Source: Psilocybe cubensis
Taxonomy: Eukaryota
Length of the DNA stretch: 64,000 nucleotides
Direction: 5' to 3'
Assembly (NCBI GenBank): GCA_017499595.2
Contig: CM039004.1
Span: 2,108,001-2,172,000 of the forward strand
A program made the position numbers and the translations under genes. The notes below the pieces were generated by a model. It was not told where the DNA came from and searched no databases. It worked only from the letters and a program-made list of their open reading frames with translations. Every line of letters begins with the position of its first letter. The stretch's first letter is position 1. Positions 23,669-34,055 of the stretch are shown here, one piece after another.

Positions 23669-26600
23669 TTATTGAGGATGGAGGGCTTTGGTGAAAATAT
23701 CGGCAACATTATCTCTGGTATTGATGTATGCGGTGTTTATCTCATTTGCCTGGACTTGTTTGCGCAAAAAATGGAGTTTAATGTCAAAATGTTTGGAGCG
23801 GTTATGATATGAGGAGTCCTTGGATAATGTGATAGCAGAGTTGTTGTCGCAGAGCAATGGAGAAGCAATAGATGGACTAAACTGGATTTCTGCGAGTAAC
23901 GTTCAAAGCCAAATCGCTTCCTTAGACACTTCAAAAGCTGCGGTGTACTCAGCCTCTGTGGATGAGGTTGCGACTGTTGCTTGTTTCCTAGAAGACCACA
24001 ATACAAGTCCAGATCCTAGCGTAAACCCATAGCCGTCTACACTTCAACGTGTGTCAAGGCAGTTTGCCCAATCAGAATCAGTGAACCCAATAAGTTTGAT
24101 TTTATTGCCGCCGAGTTTCAGTTTCAAATCTCGAGTACCCTTCAGATAGCGTACTACACGAATGGCCGCATTCCAGTGTGCATACGAAAAGGAATCAAGA
24201 AATTGTGATAGTTGTTGCATGGCATACGCTATGTCTGGACGGGTACCGATGGTGAGATATATTAAACATCCCACGAGTGAACAATAAGGGAATTTGGCTA
24301 ATCGATCCTTGTCTTCCCAAGACATCTTGGACTTATCAGGTCGCCGCAATTTGAGCCCAGGATCCATGGGTACGCTAATAGGATGTGAGTCGCTTTGGCC
24401 AAAAGTGGTTGTAATTTTGTCGATAAGGGCGGTCTGGGATAGAAGGATTGACTTTGATTCTCTGTGGCGTTCAATAGCAATTCCAACAATAAACTTTGGT
24501 TCTCCTAGGTCTGAGATTGTCCAAACAGTTTTCATTTGCTTTTTAAAACATTGGTTTTTGTCTGGAGAATCTGAAATAAAGAGGAAGTCATCAACATGCA
24601 CTCCAGCAATGACCGTACCACTGTCAGATTTTTAGAAATATATGCATGGTTTGCTCTTGAGGCGCTTGAATCCCCATTTTTCCATTGAGCTGTGAAGCGT
24701 TTGATTCCATATCCTGCCCACCTGCTTCATTCCATACAATCCTCGCTGTAACATCCATACATAGTCTTCTTTGCCGGGTTCCTCAAAGCCTCGAGGTTGG
24801 TTCATGTATTGAACCTCATTGTCTGGAAGTATCTTGTATAGAAATGCGCTTTTTACATCAACTTGTTGAATGTCCCAGTCCAAAACCGCTCCCATGTGTA
24901 AAAGGATTCGCCATAATGACGTTTGCGCAGTAGGTGATGTAGTTTGCAGATAGTCACGTCCGTAGACTTGTTCATATCCTTGAAAAACCAAACGTACTTT
25001 GTATCGGACAATAGCACCGGTTTCATCACGTTTAGCCTTGAACACGGGTCTTTCTTTTCTGATTTTGTGGTCTGGTGGAACATTGCTACGTGGTACAAGC
25101 TTGTAGACACCCATTTTTTTGAGACTATCAAGCTCTTTGCGGTAGCCTTGTGCCCATTTCTCTGCATTGGGTGAGCGCTGGGCCTCTTCCCATGTCCTAG
25201 GTTCATCGTCAAATTGAAAGTCATTGGGGTTGATGGATGCTGATGATGCGATGGATGACAAGATAAGATGAATGTTGGATTTTGTGGCATTATTTCCCTT
25301 TGAAAACATGGCACATAGCTCTTCTATAGCCGCTTGCTTGACGACTTTGGGCACATTTCTCAGCTCCTCCTCACAAATGTTGGCGAGAGTCTTTTTAGTT
25401 TCTTTACGCTCCGCACGCTCTAGTTGTTTCCGTTCCACCGCCTTTTTTGACTCAGACACTGCTTAACGTAACTTGTCTTTGGCATTAGACGGTATTCAGC
25501 TAGAGCATCGTGGGGGTTGTGGAATGATAGGCGCCGGAGGGTTAACAGGGTTGGGGTCAGGGTCAGGGATGATGGATGCCGACATATCTGATGGGAGGAA
25601 CTCCTCCTCTTTGGAATCATTTAGATTAAGTGGGGTTGATATGGCAGAGTCTAGGATGTCGGTAAGGGAAATTGGAGGGATTGGATGTGGCTGGAGGCTT
25701 CTATAGAGATGGTCTTCATGGCTCTCAATGAATCGCACATGATGTGAACGGTGGATAGTTCTAGTAGTGCGATCCCAACATCAATAAGCTTTGGAGTCCA
25801 GATCATAGCCAATTAGAACCATTTCAGTGGATCGCTCCCACAGTTTGGGATTGTGCTTGTTCTGGATTAAAACAAATGCACGGCAATCTATCTCACGCAA
25901 GAAGGAGATGTCAGGCTTGCAAAGAAGCCATAATTTGTCAGGTGCCTTGTTGTCAATTGCACGACTGCTAGTCATTCCAGTAAGAAAGGTCATAGTGATA
26001 TAAAGCTCTTCCTAAAGATATGCAGGTAGCTTTGCGTAGGCTTGCGTTGCACGCTGCTTTCCCATAATGGTACAATGCATGCGCTCAACAATCCCAATGT
26101 GAGCTGATGTATAGAGAGCTGTAAATTTAACTCTGATACCTCAGGCTGCAGCCCATGCCAGAAATTCCTTGCTGCGAAACTCTCCGCTGTCAATACGGAT
26201 AATGAGCACTTTTTCGCCTGTTTGTGCCTCCTGAAAGATAATCCAGGCTTTAAGAAGTTCAAAGGCTTGACTTTTCCAAGCGAGAGGAATTGACCAGGGC
26301 TTCCGGCAATGATCATCAACAATGCACATGATATATTCATTCCCGTGGATAGATACAACTGCAAACTTTCCTGTAAGATCAACGTAAATGATCTTTAACC
26401 GTCTATCTGCCCTGCCATGTCCCTCATCCGTCGATTGAAGCTTTGGTACGGGTTTATGTGTCTGTTTACCAAGCACGCATAAGTCGCATACAGAAGGCTT
26501 CGTCTGGAATGACTTGGGCATACCTTTCACTGCACCCAAACGTGCCATGTCATTTACAATCTGAAGATTCGCATGGCCTAGACGGCAATGGAATGTCTCA

Positions 26601-28258
26601 AGAGTAGGAGCAATGGTCACAGAGTGGGCATGGATAGCAGTGGAGGAAGCGAGATCGAGGGAGTAAAGTTAGGTGGAAGCAAAATAACTGCCTTTCGCGA
26701 TGACGGTGCCAGTTTTTTGGTCAAAAAAGAAACAACCGATATCAGAAAATCCAATATTTGTTTGGGAATGGTGTGTAATGGCAGCGACGGATATGAGGCG
26801 GACAGTTGCATTTGGAACATACAGAACATCACGAAAAAAAATATGCAACCATTTTCAAGGCAAAGTTGAATATCACCCACGGCAACAGCAGTAATAGAAA
26901 AACCACCGACATCATGAACGGATTGAGAAGTAATGGAACGCAATGAAATAAAATTGCATTGATCAGAAGACAAGTGCATGCTAGCACCTGAGTCGACATA
27001 AAACGGGCAGTTGGTTGTTGAGATGGGTGTAGATTGGGTTTGGTTTAGGGCTGAAATAGAAGGGGTTTCAGCGGTGGGTTTCGTATATTCATTCCAATCA
27101 AGGCTGCATCTAATGGGAAGAGATTCTAGGTCAACGTCAGACATAGTGGTGCTGAGTGCGCTAAAACCATAGGTTTTGTAGTCCACAAGATCAGGATTGA
27201 AGTCCGCTGGGAGTGTGGCAAGAAGAGCTAAAGCGTGTGAGGTACTTGGGGCCGGAACAGCATCAACAACATCTTGTGCACTGACGTGCACAATGTATGA
27301 GCGACCCTCTTTGTCTGTGAAAGAGACAGGAATGGTGTTGTTCTTTATCTTTGTGTTGCCGTCAGCTTGTTTTCCCGCCTTGCGATCCTTCCGCCGTGCC
27401 GCCTTTGATTCCTTGATGGACTTTCCAGCCATGCTGCCTCCTTTTGCAATACAATATTTTGCCGAGTAGTGCGGTTTCTTGCAGTTAGAGCACAAATTGT
27501 TGTTAGACTTCGATTTTGATTGTGTAGCAAGGGCAATAGCGTTAGGTGAGTTGTCCTTCTTATTATTGAGAACCAGCCTGTCGTTCTTCTGCAAATCGGA
27601 TGATATCTTTGGTAGTGAAAGGGGTTCCGCCTGCCGTGCCATGGCAAATGTCATCCAACAGCACAATTTGGTCCTGTTCACGGAGACGCAAAGTGTTAAC
27701 GGCCATCACTTGTTTGAGTGCGTCAAGATCAAGGCTCCCCATAGCCCAGACTTTGTCAAGTAAGTCAAAGACTTTGGAAATCTTCTCAACGTAGTCACTG
27801 ATGTAACCCGGCTCGAGGGATAATGCCATGGCATTGTGCATAAAGTACACCTGCCCCATGGGTCCTTGCTGCATGTGTCGCTCCTCAAGTAACTTCCAGT
27901 ATCGGGCAGCATCATGCTCGAGAGGTTTAAGGTGCTTTATTTTGTTGTCGGAGCATCCAGCGGCCAGAAAGCCACAAACACGCTCGTCATTCTCCTGCCA
28001 ATTGGCATAAGCACAAGGTTGGGTGGTGGAGTTTGGTATAATTGGGTTTGGTTTGCAGTAGCGGAAGAGACTGTTGCCTACGAGAGCACCCTGGACGTAA
28101 CAACTCCATTCGACCCAATTGCCTTTGTCTTTGTCAAGCTGTTTTCCTCCCCACGGCGGGGCGGAGGTGAGAACAACTGTAGGGCGTGAAAGGTTGGCGG
28201 CCAGGAGCGCTTTGAGGTCTTTGGCTTCAATTTTGTGGGGTATACCTTCACTAGGCAT
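23669..28258 (-). pseudogene. Copia gag-pol polyprotein (disrupted)
   Basis: CSNCKKPHYSAKYC, FYVDSGASMH, HCRLGH...CDLCVLGKQ, YVDL...IRIDSGEF, YKVRLVFQGYEQ, LYGMKQ, HVDDFL, GFTDSDWA, KHFDIKLHFLR...ADIFTKAL. Confidence 0.95.
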
Positions 28259-28416
28259 AGTGGAAATCGATGTAAAGTGGTAAAATAGTGTGAAGACAAT
28301 GGGGGAACACGGATAATATGCGTCGTGAAAGGACAAAGGGGGTGAATAGGGGCGAATTGCTTAGTGTTGTGTGATATGTTATAGATTAGATTGAGACCTC
28401 TTATTGGCCCATAATC

Positions 28417-28709
28417 TGTAGAAATCTGAATCTAGTAAATGGTGGCAATGCTACATTCAGTCTCGTATAATTGGACTCTATTGGTAGAAAGTCTGTATCT
28501 AGTAAACGGTGGCAATGCCACACTACGGTACAGTAAGTAAAGAGACATAAAACTAATCAAGGAAAAGTCTCACCTCAGTCTCGTATAATTGGACTGAGGT
28601 GGTAGAAAGCTACTATACAACCTATATACAAATCTACGATACAAAGACCATTTTGTGTAGTTGAAGAATGGGTGAATAAAGGAGGGGACACGTGCGGTGG
28701 AAATCAACA
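28417..28709 (-). repeat. Copia 5' LTR (293 bp)
   Basis: TG...CA ends, followed on - strand by the PBS. Confidence 0.95.
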
Positions 28710-29041
28710 CACGTCAATTTCTGATCAAGGCGTCAGTATGTGTAGGATTGTTGTTGTTGTTGCTATTGGATGACGACACGGTGGACTGATCTGAGAGATT
28801 GGGTTTGGATGAGATGGACGGCAATGTTGGGGGCCCTTGTGGAATACCTCTTGGTTTTCAGAATTTGGTAAGTAGAGGGACTAGCCCTGAAGATAAGCCT
28901 AGGGCCTTGCGTGCTTGCGTTGAGCTCTTAGTCCTTGCGGTGGGTGGTCCTGACAGGATGGGCAATGAACAGTGCGGCGGCGGCGGTGACGGTAATGGTG
29001 GTGTTGTTGGTTTCAAAAAAAAAGTGGAAGGCTGTCTCCAC

Positions 29042-29291
29042 TGACAGCCTCACTAACAATCCTAACAGAAAGGACAATGGTATCTTTGTTGTGTATGGTA
29101 CAGATACTTAGTACAATGTATCTAGTAGATAATCTTAATTACTCACCTTCATTGTGTATGGTACGGATACAGCAATGAAGGTGGCTTTGTCCTCTTAAAT
29201 ACATCGGCTTCAATAAGCCTTTAGCAAGAGGCCTAGCCTCTGTGTCTCTGATTTGCTCTATGTTGTATGTTGTAAGCCTGCCCGGCTTATA
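29042..29291 (-). repeat. Gypsy B 5' LTR
   Basis: On - strand tataagccgggc...ggctgtca, followed by gtggagacagccttccac and a T8 tract; interrupts the pogo ORF. Inner boundary could lie ~18 bp further. Confidence 0.6.
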
Positions 29292-30480
29292 CCAGCCATT
29301 GCTCAATCCAAGCTGGTTATCCTTGTGAATGTCAACCAAATCTACAAATTGATTTCACTTCTAATAAAGAACTTTACCAGTAAGCAAAATTCTATCATTT
29401 ATTGCCTTTGAGGCCCATAAGTACATTATTTTGGAAATCTTAGGATGCTCTATTTATTGCATTTGTTTTGCTTCCCAATTTGTCTTGTTACCCACCTTCT
29501 CCCATTTATTGCACCATTTTGCCTCTTGTTGGAGCCATGCATAAACAAGAGGCTGCTTTATTTGAAGATTTGGATAGATTGGGCTGAAATGCTTTATAGT
29601 CTTTGTTTGGTTTTGGCCATTTTTATGATGCTAGTCAAAAATCTTGATTTGCTGTATTAAGGTAGTATTTTCTTTTTTTGTAAATACAGCCTTTCAATCT
29701 GGAGCTACATGATTAATTTTCTTGTTATATGCCTTTGCTTCTTTTTTATAACTAGAATCTTCAAGGAATTGTCAGTAAAAAATTGTAGTGGTCTTTATAT
29801 TCTAATAATAAATGTTGCATATAATGTTACATGCACATTTGTACTTGTTTCCTACAATTTTGACCAAATTACCAGCCCATTTCTTTAGCTTTTTAACAAT
29901 TGCTTTTCCTGCATTTTCCAATCATGCTATGCCATATTCATAGTTGGAAGCTGATTATAGTGCTTCAAGAACATATTTCTTGTCAATGGTATTTGCCTTA
30001 TTATCTAACCAGAGTTTATCTATTACAAAATAGCTTCATTATTTGCAAGCTTTACAATTAAAAGTCTTTTTGAGTTTTTATCAATGTTATAAATTTTGAA
30101 AGTCCTTTCTTAAGAATTTTATGTAGCCCCGGAGCTATAGAAAGAATGTTTTCAAGGTCAAAAAAGCACGTATCCTCATTTTCCAACCTCTAATTTTGTG
30201 TAGTGGCACATTACAACTGGTACAAATTATATCTATGAGGAGCTTTTAGTAGTAAATTACTTAAATAAGCACTGGCAAACTAATTTTTAACACAAATGAA
30301 TAATTTGAGTCTATTTATGGTAGGTAAAATGTATGGGTTTTGCAAGCAAAGGAGTATAAATTATGGGTTATTGGTGACTTATAGGTTATGTGTGTAATTT
30401 CCTGCCAGATTGAATGGATTATTATAAATTATAATATCCGCTAGATAAATCTGTCCGCAAGACAGCATGTGACCCACGTG

Positions 30481-30929
30481 ACCACTGCGGTGGTAAAATT
30501 GACATGTTAGTTTTCACTACTAAAGTGGTCAAATCTGACATATAAATTTGATCACTAGAGTGATCAAGTACAGCATATAAGTATGATTAATTTAGTGGTA
30601 GAATGTAGCAAGTTAATATCAGCACTGAAGTGGTAAAATTAATATGTTGGAGTTTACCACTTTAGTGCTGAAATTGACTTGTTGTATTCCACTACTGTAG
30701 TGGTCATAATTGTGTGTCATATAGAATAAATACAATGCTAAGAATAGTAATTATTACTACTTTTATAATTCCTACACTACTGGAGTGGTAAGATTTTGAA
30801 TGTATCTTATATCACTCAAGTGCTAGAATAGTGTACATGATTTTTACCACTAAAGTGGTGGAATAGTCTACATAACTTATACCACTGCAGTGGTGGAATT
30901 TTTAATTTCAATCTCACCATTCCAGTGCT
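30481..30929. repeat. Array of 14-bp palindromes ACCACTnnAGTGGT at exact 35-bp period
   Basis: Units at 30481, 30516, 30551, 30586, 30621, 30656, 30691 and 30776, 30811, 30846, 30881, 30916. Confidence 0.9.
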
Positions 30930-30960
30930 TGCCATATTTGAGTAGTTTGTTTTATTTCTT

Positions 30961-31030
30961 GGGGTTGGATTAATTAGTTAGTTAGTTTAGGGTTGGGATT
31001 AGGTAGTTTAGGGTTTAGAGTTCAGGGTTA
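30961..31030 (+). repeat. Degenerate telomere-like (T)TTAGGG tract
   Basis: ttagttagttagtttagggttgggattaggtagtttagggtttagagttcagggtta. Confidence 0.6.
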
Positions 31031-31049
31031 TTGAGTATACATACAAAAG

Positions 31050-32555
31050 GGATGTTCTCACGTACTAACCACCACCATCAACATGGTCAGCGTGCCAGCT
31101 CACCGGCCCTGCTGCTGGGTACACGGCGACAGCGCTCTCCAGACTCAACCCCAGGCCCAACAGAGTCAGAGAGTGATGGCCAAAAGCTGCTACAGACCAA
31201 GAGGTCACCCCACACAAAGCACCTTATAAAGAAAAGCAGAACTCACCCTTGGAAATCAGTGGATGCCCCTCCGGGTCCCTCTTCACAGCACTCTGTCAAC
31301 ACACCCATACCATTGGTGGACCCATATAGTGCCCCAAACACTGATGCCGCACCCCTATCCACTCTGCCCCCGCCAGCTATGTCTTCAGACATTGTTGCCG
31401 GACAGGTTGCTCACCTCGAGACTCTGCTGGACTCCATTCTGGCAATGGTCGCGATTATACAAAGCATTTCTCACGGTACCGTCACACTTAGTGACCGAAC
31501 AATGCACGCCGCTCTGCTGCTACATTCAACCTTATTCCCGGCAGACCCGGAATATCACTCCCAAAACCCTGAAAGGATTACTGAGCCCCGGTCATACACT
31601 ACGGTGGCCAAAACTACACCAGTGGCTCAGCCAGCTCATACGCTGCAGAGAACATCCCCAGCCCTAATTGCTGGAGGCCCTGTTAAGATCCGCCCTCACG
31701 TCACTCGTCCAACCTGCCATTATTCCTCAAATAATTGCCTTATTGCATCCTGGGATGACTTTCCACTTACACAGCCATCTGATCCACTCACTGATTTTGT
31801 GGAGCGACTCAATAGCAAGCTCTCGCCAATGTCATGGGACCCCCCTTGTCATGTTCTTGGAGCTAATGTCTCAAAATCAGGAAGGCTCATTATCCACACC
31901 GCAAACAACACTGGAACTGCTAGAATCAAAGCTCACCCGATGACCATTCTTTAAGCAGCTTAGGCCTCTGATTGCTTTCCTAATTTTGATTCAACTATTG
32001 GTGACCCACCCACAGTTCACTCGGATGTGCCATGGCATGGTATAGTGGTCCATAATCTCCCAGCCAATTCACTTCGCGACTCTTTTGACTCCGCCACTCC
32101 AAAAAACAGCATATGGTCATTACTTGAAAATGAGGCAGGGGTATCTAGGCAGGATATCCGAGGGCAAATACGGGCTCTTTGTTGGGATGGGGAGGAGTTC
32201 CAGAAGGACCGACTTTCTATCCTCATTAGGTTTGAAGACAAGAACATCACAGAACAGCTCTATCACTCTGGCATTTTTCTCTTTGGCTCCTAGTGTTGAG
32301 TCTCTCAATATCGGGAGTGGAAGAGGAAACCTCAACCTTCAACTCCAACTCCAGCACCCCACGCAGAAAACACTACGCCGCAATAAATGTTTGTAATCTC
32401 TCATAAGCAACACTTCTTATTCCTTTACACAGTACACATGGAACAGTAGGATTACAACCTATATAGAGAAACTGTAATGGTAGTACTAAGCCAAGGGAGG
32501 GGCCCACCCCTCAGAGGCTATAACATAAAATAAAAAAAAATAAAAAAAAAAAAAA
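31050..32555 (+). mobile_element. ORF1-only poly(A) retroelement (non-autonomous LINE derivative)
   Basis: TSD ACATACAAA(A)G both sides; poly(A) ~32527-32555; single frame ~31052-32385 with a few stops, resembling fungal LINE ORF1 (SKSGRLIIHT, PWHGIVVHNLP, GIFLFGS*C*VSQY); no RT. Confidence 0.8.
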
Positions 32556-33038
32556 CATACAAAGCGCACGAGAGCACGTGCAATGTACATTGAGACACAA
32601 CATGATGAGGTAGTCACATGAGTCTGTCTGGCAGATGTTTGGTGGATGTGCAGACACATTAATCCATTTAGTCTCTTTTCTGCAAACCAACTTGGTGGAC
32701 AGCCAGGGCTATGGGTTATAAGGGATTATAGTTTTTGAGAGGTATGGATTAAGAGGGGTTCAACTGTAATAGTAAATCAAAATCCACAAATACTTGTATA
32801 ATATTTCCCTATTTGTGCAGAACTCTGCAGAACAATGCACATTTGAGTTTCACTTGGCCTTAACATTTACCTTTTCAACAGTAGAAAGCCTTAGCTTTAC
32901 AGTAAAGTCACACTAGTATGTAACAAAACCAGCCCTACACTATATTAGAAAGCAAGAAATATGCAGAAATTTAATATCAGCTAATCTTTACTATGCAATA
33001 AGTCTTCCCAAATACACCTCAGAAAATTCCAAATTATA

Positions 33039-33874
33039 TTAAGCACGAAACCTCATATATGCCATAAGAAGGGCAGAGCACCCAGTAACTGAATGCAAAA
33101 GCATTTTAGAAGATGAATGGAGAAAAAATAACCTAACATACCAAAACCAACAAGATACTGTAGAGTTGTAGCCTATTACTAAATTGTTAAACACTTTATA
33201 TTGAAACAATGAATAATGACGCACCTTTGATGCCTGAATTGTAGTCCTCAAGCCGGCAATTTCCTGTTCAATCCTAGTATCCACTTCCTTAATCTTGAGT
33301 TCCTGTCCACTACTCTCCTCTCGCATACGACCCTTCTCCAAGTTCAGATCTAACCGCACGCCGGCCTGCGTCCGCGTGATCTCTTCTCGCAAGCGCTGCT
33401 TGAGCTTCTCAATGTCATTCATTAAGCGATCGTTTTCTGCCTTGATCATCGCCAGGTCATTCTTCTCCATGAGCTGTAACTCAGACTTTATCTGTGCGAA
33501 ATCTACTTGTTGGGTATAGTGGTGCTATAAACGGTTGGAACACGCAAGCAAATGCGGGTCGAGGTCAGCCATGCCGCGCGAGAACAAGGCGGGCGGAGAT
33601 AAACAATACGCGCCTTCTCTTGTTCCGCCTTTGTGACCATGTTACTCGTCATATTCCGGATACTCTCGTCGATGACCTCTGCCATTGCAGACATGATGCC
33701 TTCCGCCTGGGCCCGATTTAGTCCCTCGCGCTCCAACCGTTGTACGAAATGATGTGTATCGAAATGAAAGTCTGGTCGCGACGGCGTAGTTGAGAACAGT
33801 CTGAAAGCATTGGAAATACGAGAGATAGCCAGAAGATTGTTTATTCTGACCCGAGAAGAGGATGCGAAAGCCAT
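33039..33874 (-). CDS. FMP32: Mitochondrial CCDC90/MCUR1-family (DUF1640) coiled-coil protein, 4 exons
   Basis: HFDTHHFVQRLEREGLNRAQAE, VDFAQIKSEL, AGVRLDLNLEKGR, C-terminal TM; introns 33525-33613, 33173-33224, 33089-33141. Confidence 0.88.
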
Positions 33875-34055
33875 GGAGGGGAAGGGTAATTAGTAGGGGT
33901 GGTCGGAGTAGTGTAGAGAGTGAAGAGGAGGCAAACACGTGCCGGACGGAACAGAGCGATTTCCAATTTGAAAGGCATTGCAAGCGGAACCAAGCAAAGA
34001 TCAATTTCTTCACAAATCCACTGTCCCTTCCCTCGAACACTTTGACAAAAATAAG

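Larger units (their letters stand above)
23181..28709 (-). mobile_element. Full-length decayed Ty1/Copia element with both LTRs
   Basis: LTRs tgtagaaatc...aaatcaaca at 23181-23480 and 28417-28709; TSD CACAT/CACGT; PBS gattatgggcc; PPT tgaggaggag; domain order gag-PR-INT-RT-RH. Confidence 0.96.
12065..29291 (-). mobile_element. Ty3/Gypsy element B, split by three direct insertions and truncated at its 3' end
   Basis: 5' LTR ~29042-29291; gag ~22041-23131; protease 18245-18778; RT/RNase H 16505-18244; integrase 12065-12547. Reading frames rejoin across the pol and gag insertions once one TSD copy is removed. Confidence 0.85.
30406..32675. mobile_element. MITE-like non-autonomous DNA element with 8-bp TSD inserted in the pogo end
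   Basis: TTTCCTGC|cagattgaatggatta...taatccatttagtctc|TTTTCTGC; imperfect ~60-bp TIR. Confidence 0.65.
29292..32766 (-). mobile_element. pogo/Tigger-type (CENP-B HTH) DNA transposon relic, only one end present
   Basis: Terminus ...aagaggggttcaactg|TA; minus-strand NQTKTIKHFSPIYPNLQIKQPLVYAWLQQEAKW...EHPKISKIMYLWASKA...LLTGKVL...LSNGW at ~29292-29700. Confidence 0.8.

Noticed and set aside
30481-30929. True CRISPR array
   Set aside because: Eukaryotic context, 14-bp repeat, mutually related spacers and no cas genes; kept only as a periodic palindrome array.
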